DNA of 63,476 nucleotides, the filler included, from Octopus bimaculoides (lineage: Eukaryota), in the NCBI RefSeq assembly GCF_001194135.2. It is 4 parts of 3 records of this genome, joined end to end, with 100 filler letters (N's around TTAATTAATTAA, not from the genome) between each part and the next. Parts side by side here need not be neighbours in the genome. Positions count along the whole stretch, not along the records: positions 1 to 23,354 come from NC_068987.1; 3 more parts are not named here. The stretch is one strand, 5' to 3'. Positions 1 through 12,445 of the stretch are shown here, one piece after another (positions within the stretch are counted from its first letter, which is position 1; every line of letters begins with the position of its first letter). The position numbers were made by a program, and so were the translations under genes. The notes under the pieces are model-generated. The model was not told the DNA's origin. It saw only the letters and a program-made list of their open reading frames with translations, and did not search any database.

Positions 1-30
1 AAAGTTGGATACTTTTTGAATGCACTCTGT

Positions 31-32
<2 letters not shown>

Positions 33-78
<46 letters not shown>
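33..78. repeat. (GT)n microsatellite
   Basis: Perfect GT dinucleotide run seen directly. Confidence 0.95.
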
Positions 79-79
<1 letters not shown>

Positions 80-638
80 AAAGAGTACGGTGTTCAGTAA
101 AAATATTTGTAAAATATGCAAAAACAAAGAAGTTGGTTACTGGTAATGAAATTTTTGTGTCGAAGAATAACTGATTACTGTGGTCTATATGTAGCCTTAT
201 ATCAGAGTGTAGTAAATCTCTTATGTATGAAAGAAACTATTTTACCTGGTTGGTTGTTGGAAATTACTTTGTGTATATCGATGGAAATCACTGTTAGAGT
301 AATGGTCTTTTTGTTTAAATTGTAAAAGACTCTGTCAAGATGTTATGCTTCTCTCAAGGACAAATATGACACCCTCTGGAGCTATTAATGTAGTTAAAGG
401 TATGTTTAGTAACTGATCAAGTGATTTTTATATTTGTTAATATTTTCATCCTTTAAACTTCTGATATATTTGGATAATGATGGGATGAAGCGTCTTTGTG
501 AGCGACTGAATGTCAACATATTTTGCGAAAATCACTTTTAAAGGGATTTGTAGTAAATCCTATGTAACTTTTGCTTTCACATTTGTTTGCAAGAATACTG
601 TTTACTTGATAAATTTATGTCTTTGTAAGAGACATTTT

Positions 639-641
<3 letters not shown>

Positions 642-699
<58 letters not shown>
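642..699. repeat. (GA)n microsatellite
   Basis: Perfect GA run; explains the ERERER and SLSLSL ORFs. Confidence 0.95.
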
Positions 700-703
<4 letters not shown>

Positions 704-1179
704 ACAGATTTTGCATTTGCTGCATTTGCATAGAAGAAAAGTGATTTGCATTTTCGTACTAGAAAGTTTTCTTCTGTTTATACCGACTGTACAAACATAT
801 GTCGATACGTTTATTACTTTTTTGTTTATATGCATTCATGGTGTTTCCTTACTTCAATTGTTTGATAGTCAATAACCAAAAACCCAAAATTTCGATTCAA
901 GAAGTTTCAGCTTGTAATAAAATTGCAGTTCATAAATAATAGACTTTACGTAATGAGTAATTTTCCATTTGTTTGTCGAAAGAGATGGTCACCAACCCAC
1001 ACGCGCGCGCGCACACACACACATTTATATATATGCATATACATATACATATACACATATGGAAAGAAAGAAATGATAAATAGATGTATGTAATTTTTCT
1101 CCTTTTAATTTAGAGTTAGTTTTGACCACCTACTTGGTAGCAAGATTGTGAAGGAAAGCATATTATTATGATCATCCTT

Positions 1180-1826
1180 TTAAATATGAAGAAAATCTTG
1201 CAGATTTTTATTGTTATAGATATTTTTGATCATTTGTAGCGTATGAATTAGGAATCAAGGAGTTGCATTTTCTTCCCCCAAGAACCTAAGTCCAGCCATA
1301 CTTTGCTCCAGACGAGTTGGTACCTATCTTGTTGCTCCAATAATAATAGGTATGAGGCTGAAAGTATATCTTGGTCTATCGATGTTACCTTTCTCCTGTA
1401 TTTTTCTGACCACACTGGTGTCCAGAGAGCAACTGACGCAAAACAATTTTCACTAATATACTTTTGATTCACCGGTTTCAATATAATCAACTTCGTCTGT
1501 TGGTGCTTTCTTCTTTTTTTATCCTGTTCCACATTGTTCTAGCCACTGCATCATGCCTCATGGGAAGATAATATCTAAGGGTCATTTTCTCATTGTTGGA
1601 TTTAATGTGGTCCATGTCTTCAGTTTTGGCATTGCGCAACTTATATTTGTTGTCTGTCAAAGCCGCTCTGCGTTTTCTTGTGTTTCAATCTACATTTTTC
1701 ACTTATTCTTTTCCTCGCCTTTCATTCTCTTTCATTATTTTTGTTGACTCCATTATTTCATGTTTTGCTCCATCTCATATTGTGCTTGAAACCGAAACTT
1801 TCATTTCTATAAGTCTACCGTGGTAA
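1180..1826 (-). mobile_element. Decayed R4/Dong-clade non-LTR retrotransposon, C-terminal zinc knuckle and RLE region (family F)
   Basis: Minus-strand translation across frameshifts gives KYKLRNAKTEDMDHIK..RYYLPMRHDAVARTMWNRI, SCSLDTSVVRKIQEK, YTFSLIPIIIGAT and TIKICKIF. These match the copies at 7.3 kb and 50.8 kb and the H..RHD / PIIIGA pattern of R4/Dong ORFs. Confidence 0.7.
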
Positions 1827-2427
1827 AACTCAGTGAAAGCTGAATAATTGATCTCGTGATTTAGATCAAGAACTATGTCAGTTGGTTTGTAGTAGTGATC
1901 CTCACTAAGCAGCTGCTCTAAAAGCTATGAATGGATGACATTGCAGTATTGGTCTTTAAATTTAATGTACTTCCATACAAACATCTGCAACTGTGCTAGT
2001 TTCCCGTGACGTTTGAGAAGACCCTTCCGTTCGAAGTATTATCTTCTCATTCCATGAAAAGATGTTACTTTGTTCTCTCCATAACTGTCATGTACTTTGT
2101 ATGTAATTTTATATTCATTGCAAGCAATCAATCTGTATTTTGTTAGAACATCTGTATGTAGTATTCTGACTTAAATTTTAAAAGATTTTGAATGCATGTA
2201 CTATTTTGCTCCCAAGTAGACAAGTGGCCCGAATCCTTGAAGAAAAAAAACAACTGTAGGTGTAATTGTCTGGTTTAACAAACTTTTGTGGCAAATAGAT
2301 TAGAGAGAAATATTTTTTAATGCTTCTGGGTGCATGAAGGAAAAATAACCCCCGATTCTGAAACTGAACATAATTGATTATTGTTATGTATGCTGTTCTT
2401 TGATTAGGGGCTGTAATGTTAAGTCGT

Positions 2428-2600
2428 GATGGCAGAGTTGGTAGAGCACCAGACTATATTTACTTCTGTCCCATTAAGTTCTGGGTTCATATCTGACCAA
2501 GCTCAACTTTTATTTCGTAAATACGTGAGATAAATAGTAATAAAATAGTGTAGATTAAAGTGCTTGTAGCATTATTCCCTACAATATTTTGCCCTACAAC
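2428..2600 (+). mobile_element. Degenerate tRNA-derived SINE (family A)
   Basis: gatggcagagttggtagagc...ttctgggttcatatctgaccaagctcaacttt resembles the family A head. Confidence 0.45.
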
Positions 2601-2712
2601 TGATAATGCTTACTGATATTTGGTGATATTTAATATTGAACATCATAATATCTAGTTTCTTGGCCGTTATGGAAATCGTGTCGTGCATCTCGTGTCTACT
2701 TATGTCGAAACT

Positions 2713-2925
2713 GGTAGAAACATAATCAGCCTGTCAGTTTCTCAGATATGAGAGATTGAAGAAAGCTTTTAGCAAGATTTATTATTCTCAATCCTATTTG
2801 CTGTTTATATTAGGGAATCTATGCATATTTATAAGGTTTCAGAATGTTCTATAAATATACTTATGTTTAATAATTTATCAAGACTAATATCTGCTAAATC
2901 GTTTAACATCTGTTATGCACGTAAT
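2713..2925 (+). repeat. About 210-bp dispersed duplication, copy 1 (copy 2 at 5098-5303)
   Basis: Aligns by eye at roughly 88-90% identity from ggtagaa..cataatcagcctgtc to ttatgcacgtaat. Confidence 0.9.
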
Positions 2926-3283
2926 TGTTGCAGTAAGATTCACAATGCTTTCAGTATACACATATAATCATTAGCAAATACGAACGTGGGACGTAAGTGT
3001 GGAGCGATTACTCAATTAATATAGCGCTAGATGTTAGGGTATTATTCTCTCGTTCACAATTCTAATCTAAATTTATTCCAATATTTGCTTAACTCTGGTT
3101 ATCTACAGAAATGAAAAGGATCTAAATAAGACAGCGTGGTCCTTGCCTCATTGAATGTGAATCAGAAATTATTAGATCTAACTTCAACATTCTTGGTGGA
3201 TATGTTCACAACTTTTAACCACAAAATTATTTTAAGATAACATTAAATATACATTTTAATATAGAATTAGTAACACTATGTAC

Positions 3284-3603
3284 GGAGGCGCAATGGCCCA
3301 GTGGTTAGGGCAGCGGACTCGCGGTCGAAGGATGGCGGTTTCGATACCCAGACCGGGCGTTGTGTGTGTGTTTATTGAGCGAAACACCTAAAGCTCCACA
3401 AGGCTCCGGCAGGGGGGGGGTGACGACCCCTGTTGCACTCTTTCGCCTCAACTTTCTCTCACTCTTTCTTCCTGTTTCTTGAGTAACGCTGTGATGGACT
3501 GGCGTCCCGTCCAGCTGGGGGGGGGACATACGCCATAGAAACCGGGAAACCGGGCCCATGAGCCTGGCTAAGCTTTGAAAGGACGAATAATAAAAAAAAA
3601 AAA
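3284..3603 (+). mobile_element. Full-length, young-looking tRNA-derived SINE
   Basis: A-box TGGCCCAGTGG, B-box GTTTCGATACC, CpG-rich body, gatggactggcgtcccgtccag tail segment and A-rich 3' end. Confidence 0.85.
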
Positions 3604-3624
3604 GAACACTATCTACACTCAATA

Positions 3625-3785
3625 TGACCGAATGATTAAGAAGTTCGCTTTACAACCATGAGGTTTCAGGTTTGATCCCACAGGATCGCATCTTGTGCAA
3701 ATGTCACAGTTTATAACCTCAAGTCGGTCCGTACTTTGTGAGTGGAACTGGATTGACAGAAACTGTACAGAAATTCATCGGGTGG
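3625..3785 (+). mobile_element. Degenerate SINE family B, 5' half
   Basis: Similar to the head at 44856 (...tttgtgagtgga...gacagaaactg). Confidence 0.6.
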
Positions 3786-4158
3786 ATTGAACGTATAAGT
3801 ACAATTCAAAAGATACAACTGTATCGTATCTATGTCACATTAACTCTGCCTAAGAATCACTTTAAGGATACACGTATCTGTGTAAAGCTTGGTTGTTTAT
3901 ACGTTAATTCAAGGGTGAGTTATTCAGTTGACCAAGAAACTGGTTTACTCATTGTCGAATGACGGAGAACCACCATCAGAGTTACGGAATTTAATATCGT
4001 TATTTTGTGTTTCGTTTGCAACTGTACTGTAAGTCTGATTAGCTTTCTATGACTCCAGTATTGTTAAAATATATACCATTGTTGTTACTGTTGTTGTTGT
4101 TGTTGTTCTAGTAAAGCAGCCTTATGACAATCCTATTTTTCATATCCTATATTCCATT

Positions 4159-4600
4159 ACTTGTTTCAGTCATTGGGTTACAGTCATGCTGGGGCACAGC
4201 ATTAAAGGGTGTAATCGAACAAATCGATGTCAGTATTTATTCTTTTTAAATATGATACTTATTCTACCGGTCTCCTTTGCCGAAGCGCTACATTAAGAAG
4301 ATGTAAATAAACTAACACCGGTTGTTAAACGGTGTGGGCTTAAACACAATGTTGAACACAAACACACACACATTCATATATATANNNNNNNNNNNNNNNN
4401 NNNNNNNNNNNNNNNNNNNNTATATATATATATATATATATATACATACACATTCACACACACATATATATACATACACATTCACACACACATATATATA
4501 CATACACATTCACACACACACACACACTCATACATACATACATACATACATACATACATGTCCGCCAAATTCATTCGTCAGCCTGAAACTATAGTAGAAG
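4159..4600 (-). mobile_element. SINE family B with internal TA/CA microsatellite and gap
   Basis: tacttgtttcagtcatt...catgctggggcac...cttattcta is the reverse complement of the family B 3' half at 57449-57669. Confidence 0.65.
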
Positions 4601-5097
4601 ACACTTATACTTCCTTGTCCTTACCTTTGTTTGAGATTTGGTGGATATACTTAGCAACTATCTGCATCAGTGTGGGTCGTATCTGTGTTGTTACAGATGT
4701 TTAATCAGATGACATCTCTGATTGAGCAGGCATGTGATCAAATGCATTCCAGTCGTAATCAGGCCACCTTTTCTTAAGTGCAGTGAACCCAGGTCCACAT
4801 TACATATTGTGTACCTTTTGAAGGCGAGTGGTTGAGATATGAAAGAGGTTTGGTTGCTATTTCTAATAGACTGAGCACCACCATAAAGACTTCCCATAGT
4901 CTTGCTTCCCTAAATAGATGGTACATTGAGGGAATTGTTAAAGCAATGGACTAAAAATTTTGCAGTTTGGAGGGGAATCTTTCCTGGTTCTTTGCATTTC
5001 GCCCGAATATTTTTTAGGTACTGCAAAAGTTACGGGTGCTGCCTTTCCTATCTCAGATCTATAATAAAAGAAGTCCAGTATATGTTGTGCCATTTGG

Positions 5098-5303
5098 GTA
5101 GAATCATAATCAGCCTGTCAGTTTCTCAGATATGAGAGAGTGAAGAGAGCTTTTAGCAAGATTAATTATTCTCAATCCTATCTGTTGTTTGTATTAGGGA
5201 ACTTATGCATATTTATAAGGTTTCGGAATGTTCTGTAAATATGCTTAATAATTCATCAAGACTAATATCTGCTAAATTGTTTAATATCTATTATGCACGT
5301 AAT
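5098..5303 (+). repeat. About 210-bp dispersed duplication, copy 2
   Basis: Aligns with 2713-2925. Confidence 0.9.
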
Positions 5304-5520
5304 GCGATATCATGGTTTGTGTATTTAAAAATTAACGATATTTTGAAATAAACGCAAAAAAAATGATTGACTTTTAGACAAGCATACAAACCTTTTTCGT
5401 TTGATGTTGAAATTCCATTTTTCAGCAAAATTTCTCTCAACACAAGAAGCTAATGAAATACTCCAGTTTACAGTAAATATTTCAATTATTTCGTTAGACT
5501 TTAGCGTTGAGTTATAAAAT

Positions 5521-5591
5521 ATGACAGTCTATATTTATAGTTATATCAGATACTGCCTTGTCACCGGAGTCCGGGGTTTGGAAATTTACAG
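5521..5591 (+). CDS. Candidate first coding exon of the ankyrin gene (MTVYIYSYIRYCLVTGVRGLEIY-S)
   Basis: ATG at 5521 after taaaat, 23 open codons, then donor AG|GTATCT at 5591/5592. Its phase 2 matches the acceptor at 5765, giving a 174-bp GT-AG intron and a 320-aa product. No transcript evidence. Confidence 0.4.
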
Positions 5592-5765
5592 GTATCTTTC
5601 AACGTTTAGACCTTCATTTAGCTACAATTAATCACCTTAGGGTGAAAACTAACTTTGTTGCCTGAATGTTAACAATGATATTATAATTGAAATATGTTAA
5701 CTGTCTGAAACTACCAACATGGCTGTAAACTATTATTTATTCTTACTTTTCTTTTTTATTTTCAG

Positions 5766-6657
5766 CTTGAAAAGAAGACTCACAATCAACACAAATCGAA
5801 CAGCGAATCGAATTTCTTCAGTTCTTCGCCGACCATCTTCCAAGCGTGTTCTTACTGGTCCTCGACTCAGACAAACTATACGACCCTGTGCAGACGCCTG
5901 CGAAGAGCAAGGATTGTTGTCTGCCATCGAAAAGTGTCATCATGCATGTGTGATGAAGCATTTAATCGGAGGAGATTCCCCTGATGTAGGAACAACAAAG
6001 GATGACATGCCTGTAATTTTAGCTTGTAAAAATCCAGAGATTCTCGAACTTCTTTTAGAATTCGGATGCGACATCAATCGAACACCCAGAAGCGATAGTT
6101 CTATTCCATCAAAAAGAACAGCTTTGCATTTTGCTGCAGAGTATGGGTACTTAACAAGTGTGAAACTCTTAATTCATTACGGAGCTAATGTCGATGCTCA
6201 TGATGCAAATAACATCACTCCGTTAATGCTGGCCTGGGACAAATCGCAGGACCATGTAGCAGAGTATCTCCTGAGTGTCTACCTTCGTGACAAAAAAGCT
6301 GGCTCTTGGGGACACCATGCTCTGATGCAGTCGTGTCAGAATGGTCAATTAGATTTTGTTCAAATGTTAATTCTCAAGGGACATGTGAATCCTAATGCAC
6401 ATGACCAATATGATGGTTCAACGCCTCTGATTGCTGCAGCTAAAATTGGACATATAGAAATTGTAAGGTTTCTTCTAACTCGAAACGTTGATGCTACATA
6501 TCGTGATAAACTACGAAATTTTACGGCTGGGGATTATGCAAGTGTCAATGGACATCGAGAATGCTGGCTTGTATTGCAAGAAGCCTCAGAAGATCTTAAA
6601 GAAGATGAAATAGTGGTTGTTCAAACTGCAAATACTCCCCAAGAAAGTGTCAAATAA
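5766..6657 (+). CDS. Ankyrin-repeat protein, terminal coding exon (about 5-6 ANK repeats)
   Basis: Open frame with TALHFAAEYG..VKLLIHYGANVD, TPLMLA, ALMQSCQNG and TPLIAAAKIGHIEIVRFLL. It is preceded by a polypyrimidine tract and TTTCAG acceptor (5740-5765), so the ORF-track N-terminus MAVNYYLFLLFFFIF is probably intron. AATAAA overlaps the stop (6653-6658). Confidence 0.9.
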
Positions 6658-7106
6658 ATCTAATATACCTAAGTATATGATACAAAACCTCTAAGAATTA
6701 TTCAAAAAACACTTTGAAACATATTTACATGTGCTTGTGTCCATACATGTGATATATACATCGATAATTATTCATGTACAATCCTATAAATGTATTTAAT
6801 TATTTGATAATGGGATGGATTTGCGAAATGACAAATGAGTGAGCTATAGTTAGCTATTCAAATCTGTACATTTAGAGAAAAGACTTTTGCATTAACGAAG
6901 AACGATGAGTGATTAGTTGGTTGGTTGGCTGGTTGGTTTCTTGGTCGAATGCTGTAGTCCAAGAGACAAAGTATAGCATCCAGCCAAGTAGGGTTCGACA
7001 AAAGTCAGTTATGTGGCTTATCTACTCGTGTACATGTGTTATATAATGCATTTTTTTTTCTTTTTGATTGGAGTATGTTTTATGCTTATTTTGACCTGCA
7101 AATTGT

Positions 7107-7163
<57 letters not shown>

Positions 7164-7239
7164 AAAACGATATCGAAAATAAGTTGGGTTTTTTTTTTCA
7201 TCTTTTATACATCAATTCACACTCAAAATTATACGGTCA

Positions 7240-7870
7240 AGCGGTGTTTTATTGTTCCACTTATTGTGAATGTCTGTAGCACATGAATTATAGAGCAATA
7301 TTATTTTTATTTTTCTCCAAGAATCCAAGTTCAGTCATACTTTGATCCCGGTGGCTTAGTACGTACCTTGTCGCTCCACTAGTAATGGGTATCGTGCTGA
7401 AAGTATATTTTGAATACTGGATTAGTCTATAGACTATAGCTGTATCTCCTTCCTCTAGTATATTTCTTACCACACTAATGTTGAGTGGGCAGTTGACTTC
7501 CAACATAGAATTTTTTTTTCATTATTATGTCGTCCCAAACAGCAATATAAGGCCAGTTGCGTCTTAATTCGGACGCTGTTTTTATTCTTAGGTTCCACCA
7601 ATATTCTTTTAACCCGCTATTCTCAATACGTTCATCTTTATTTGTAGCTATTTCTTTCTTTCGTATTCCATTTCAGATTGCTCTATCTACAACATAATGC
7701 CATTCAGTAAGGTAGTATCTAAGGAAATTCTCTCAGTTGGCAATGACACGACAAATGTCTTCCGTTTGGATTTTACATAGTCTACATTTGTTGTCAATTG
7801 AAGCCTTCTAAGTGTATTTAGTGGGAATTTCTTGCCGTGTTCTTGGTGTAGTTTATTCCTTCTATGGTCT
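7240..7870 (-). mobile_element. Decayed R4/Dong-clade retrotransposon C-terminus (family F)
   Basis: DNKCRLCKIQTEDI...RYYL, LEVNCPLNISVV...YTFSTIPITSGATRYV...ELGFLEK and LQTFTISGTIK. Confidence 0.8.
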
Positions 7871-7934
7871 GTGTTTTTCATTCACTCTAAGTGAACTGGT
7901 ATATTTTTTCATCTTGATAGGATTAAATAGGATT

Positions 7935-7944
7935 CTCTCTCTCC

Positions 7945-7976
<32 letters not shown>

Positions 7977-8048
7977 TCCTCTCTCTCTCTTTCTCTACTT
8001 CCCTCTCTCTCTCCCCTCCCCCTCTCTCTCTACCTCCCTCTCTCTCTT
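7935..8048. repeat. Imperfect (CT)n polypyrimidine tract
   Basis: Seen directly. Confidence 0.9.
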
Positions 8049-9494
8049 TGTGTGTTCTGTTCAATTTTGCGATTACAATTTGTTTAAAGAATATACAGAT
8101 CCGATAATTTAAGGTTCACACTTTCGGTGATATATTCGGGACCACACATACTCTCTTACTGAAACTTATCACATATCAGTTAATATTCGGGTTGCTATTA
8201 CAATGTTCCCTGTTCCTCCGAACTTGCATAGTATATATTACATCCGCTAAGACTCTCCAAATTCACGTGCCTATCAGATTACTGTGACTTATGTATTATA
8301 GCTCTTCACCCTGCAAGATTGAACATAAACCTTTTTAAAGAATTCCTCATCCTTGGAGTTTCAACTCTGACCTCCTCTTCCTTGTCCACACGTTTTTCTA
8401 TAAATGTCAACACGCACTCATGAACCGTATATCTGAGCAGAGCAAAGTAAAGATCTTTTAAAGTCTTGAGAACTGCCACTTTTTCCAGACTCCTGACCTT
8501 TTCCTTTAAAAACATTCTTTCACTTTTGACCTACTTTGATTTTATTTATTCGCGATATTTCAGTTGCCAGACCCGTAGGTTGCATCTAAGGCACTGCTTT
8601 TTAACTATTTTTATACCATAGTTCACTTCTCAAAAAACAACACGTGTATCCCACCATAAACTTACGTATTCAGAAGTTTTAAAGTTTTATTGCAAGTCTT
8701 TTTTCGTTTCTTACTTATTTACGTCCCATTCTGAAGTAATCCATTTTGAGAAACTCTGGTCTAGGGTTTATAAACCCTAAAATATTCTGAGTAAGGCTAA
8801 ACGCACAACCTTATCTTGAATTAAACAGTTCATAACCTTTATGTTGTTTTATATAATACTTTCAGGCAAGCGTGTAAATGTGTGTTTGCGCGTGCGCGTA
8901 TGCCTAAGTGTGTGTGTGTGTGAATGAGAGGTATTTCAGAGAAAGAAATACGTGCATGCAAGTCAATCGTTAAGTTTCATCAGCACAATTTAATAACTGG
9001 TCAGAAACCAGAAAACTACAAATAACGTAATTACGCGATGTCATGGTTTGTGTTTTTACAAATAAACGATATTTTGAAATAAACGCAGCGAAAAAATTTG
9101 CTTTACGAATAAAGTTTCATCGAAAAACAGCTTCATAATGTGTAATTTTCTTTATTTAAAAAAAAAATCGGATGAACAAAGTTTTGACACCACAGAAGCA
9201 CAATTAAAGGCATTTAATGTGTTTTACTGCCTAATGAGTCACAATTTCAACCATAATATAATTATTTCGGCTATATTCATATTTAGAGAATATATATTAA
9301 ATGCAATACTTTCAGAAATTTTTATCATTACCATCATAATGTTGTCCTATTTGGAAAGGCTTCATCTCAAGGTTTCTTATTTCTATATGGCTATGTAGCA
9401 CCAGACTAGATACGATATCAGATCTCTTTAACTAAGGGTATCTTCATATACATGTGTGAGTGTGTATGTGTGCGTGTATGTATATATCCACACA

Positions 9495-10749
9495 CGAGGA
9501 TCGGCTAAAAAGTTCATAGGCTGACCAAGATACTCTCATGGAATGAAACCAAATGAGGTTTATTTTTCAACATAGCCCTCTTGCAGTCCCCACACTTCTT
9601 CCATCAGTGTTGCAGTGCATTGGTGAAGAAGCTTTCATCTTGTTGGTCTAAAATATCATTAACAGCAGATATGATGTCATCATCACTGCGATACTCGTTC
9701 CCAGCCAAGTGTTTTTTCATGTTGGAGAACAGATAACAGTCAAATTAGGAGAACAAGGAGGCTGATCAACCAGTTCAAAGCCACAGTCACGCACGGCAGC
9801 TATTCAAATCAAGGACTTGTATGCTGGAGCATTGTCCTGATGAAACAAGACCCCTTTTATCAGCTTTCCTGAGCGTTTGGTCTTGGCAGCCTTTCGTAAC
9901 TGCTACAGTAAGTTGGCATAGCACTCACCATTGGTGATGTGACCCTTTTGAAGATTGTCAATAAACACCATGCCTTTTGCATCCCCAAAAACTGAGGCCA
10001 TCATCTTCCCTACAAATGAAAAGACCTTGGACATCTCTTGAAAAATTGACGAGGGGTGTTTCCACTGCATGAATTGTCCGTTTGTCTCTGGTTAAAAATG
10101 ATGAAACCAACACTCATCCTGGGTTGAGAAATTAAAAAATGTTCAAGGAAACTAGCTGGATATGTCTCAAACAATGTCAGATTTTTCTGTGATGTGATCA
10201 ACCAGTTGCACTTTTGATCAGATGTCAGAAGGCGAGGCACCCAGCGAGCAGAAACCTTCGTTATGCCAAGGTCATTGTGCAGAATATACCCCAATCTCTC
10301 ACGGAATATGCTAATAGCGTTGGCTATTTGATTTATAAGTCAATTACCTGTCATCCATCACCATGCGGTGAATATGATCAATGTTTTTGTCTGTGGTGAC
10401 AGTTGCAGGATGTCCAGACGTTGGGTCATTTTCAAGACTCTCCTTTCCCCTCTTAAATTCAGCTACCCACTTTTGCACCATCGATAAAACTGGAGCGTCA
10501 TCCCCTAATGTAGCAACCATGTCAGTATGAACGTCCTTCTGCAGATACATGATAATACAACGATGGCAATTTTTTTCATTTTCAACAAAAGTCGCTACCG
10601 GTTACTTTTGAAGTATTCTTTCAACAATCAGATGTCAGTTTACCTGGAAAGAAACCATGCAGTTATTAAAAAAGATTAGTTGAAATTAATGCATGCAAGA
10701 TTTAGCCCTAGCATCACTCCTTCATAGTCACTCTTTCAGCCCACCCTCG
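9495..10749 (-). mobile_element. Full-length defective mariner (DD34D) transposon, copy 1
   Basis: TIRs cgaggatcggctaaaaag and ctttcagcccaccctcg followed by TA. Broken transposase with KWVAEFKRG, KVSARWVPRLLT and FHQDNAP. Confidence 0.95.
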
Positions 10750-10783
10750 TATGTATGTATGTATGTATGTATGTATGTATGTA

Positions 10784-10814
<31 letters not shown>

Positions 10815-10851
10815 ATATATATATATTTATATATATATATATATACATACA

Positions 10852-10893
<42 letters not shown>
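10750..10893. repeat. Compound (TATG)/(TG)/(TA) microsatellite starting at the mariner TA target site
   Basis: Seen directly. Confidence 0.9.
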
Positions 10894-10902
<9 letters not shown>

Positions 10903-11224
10903 TTTCAACTCGAATCAAAGATAATAAACTACTTCGAACCATTGTTTACATTGAGTCTGGAACGGTTTGTTTTCACTCACCGAATCGTATTAGTTGTAAC
11001 AATGTAGTCAAACCAAATAAAGGTATTTTGAAATCATTTAATATATAAGTTTCATGTCTGCATAAAATATGATAGGAAATGCATTCATTACTTAACACTT
11101 TCCACAGTTAAAACATTTCAAAATATATATGTATATATATATATATGTATGTGCATGCTCATATATATGTATAAGCGTATGTATGTATATAATGCCCACC
11201 AAACACACACACACATACACATAA

Positions 11225-11460
11225 AGGCGTAGGCATGGCTGTGAGGATAAGGAGGTCACTCCACAACCACGTGGTTTGAGGTTCAGCCCCACTGTGCAGT
11301 ACCTTGGGCAAGCGTCTTCTACTATAGCCTTGGAACTATCAATGCTTGTGAGTGAATTTGGTCGGCAGAAACTATACGGAAATTTGTCTTACATATATTC
11401 TTGTGTGTGTGAGTGTGTGTATGTCTTTGTGTTTGTGTTGTCCCCAGTATCGCTTGACAA
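11225..11460 (+). mobile_element. SINE family B
   Basis: aggcgtaggcatggctgtg...gggcaagcgtcttctactatagcc...atcgcttgacaa. Confidence 0.75.
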
Positions 11461-12284
11461 ACCCTCCCATCCATCTCATCCTCTTACTTCCTCTCTACCG
11501 TCCTTGAACCTCTTGTGCCAGCAGTAAAGAGATGCTCAGCTCATACAAGTTAATCCATAAGCAGACTGGAGCATTTCATATGTTTCTGAAGCATTTTTGA
11601 CCATCTAAACACAAAAATTTGTTGCATAGCTAGTTTCCAAATTTGTCTTCACGTCCTAACTGCATTCTGCAAACTAGTCAGCTATGACAAGCGGTGTTCA
11701 GAAGAGTGTGTTTAAAGTGCTGTTACAGCCGTCTCCTTTTAAATATATTGGTAGGAATTTTAAAAATATTAGTAGATCTGCTTATTAAACATATAGTAAC
11801 GATATACTAAAATTACAATAATCTAGAAGTTATAACTGCCTCCCCTAAAAAGTCTGAAAACATCAGGAATGCACCTCGTAACTTGTGATAGAAAAACAAA
11901 CAGGACATCCCGCCCCACGAACATCATTACCGATTAGTCCGCATAACGCCTGCATCATCCCGCTGGAAAATTACGTTTTATAAGTGTTTCGCGGTTCGTT
12001 CATCGTGGATTCTTTATAACGTTAATGAAGAATAAAATTAAATACTATAAAATATTTGTAAAGTATACACTTCTCGTGCATTATATAATCTCTTATAATA
12101 TTCAGCTCAGTAAAAACTAACAGGAATATGAATAATTCATCTTCTTTTAGTTCACTATCTTCATCTAAAATACAATCTTTAAAATCTACCGTCAATTCAT
12201 CGAGGTGTGACACATTTAAGATATTGCAATACTTGATTTATAATATAAAATAAACAATGAAAACTAAAAAGAATGAAATTATAT

Positions 12285-12445
12285 TTAACAGACAAAATTA
12301 GTACCCTTCTAAGACAAGTCTGTTTGATCTTTAAAGAATATAAAGCAAAGTTGTATCCTGCCGGGACTTGAACTCTGAACGTAGAGTAAGAAGAAATACT
12401 GCGAAGCATTTTGTCCAATAGTAACGATTCTGGCAGCTGGCCTCC
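12285..12445 (-). mobile_element. Degenerate SINE family A
   Basis: cttgaactctgaacgtaga...aagcattttgtcc...aacgattctggcagct is the reverse complement of the family A head. Confidence 0.55.

Noticed and set aside
83-600. Possible exons (AAAG|GTATGT donor at 399; CKRLCQ and MKRLCERL peptides)
   Set aside because: All frames hit stops within a short distance and no domain is recognisable.
5719-5765. ORF-track ATG giving a hydrophobic signal-peptide-like N-terminus
   Set aside because: The hydrophobic run is a translated polypyrimidine tract ending in TTTCAG; an intron is the simpler reading.
8306-8760. 69-aa ORF, possibly LINE debris
   Set aside because: No diagnostic motif; not enough to call.
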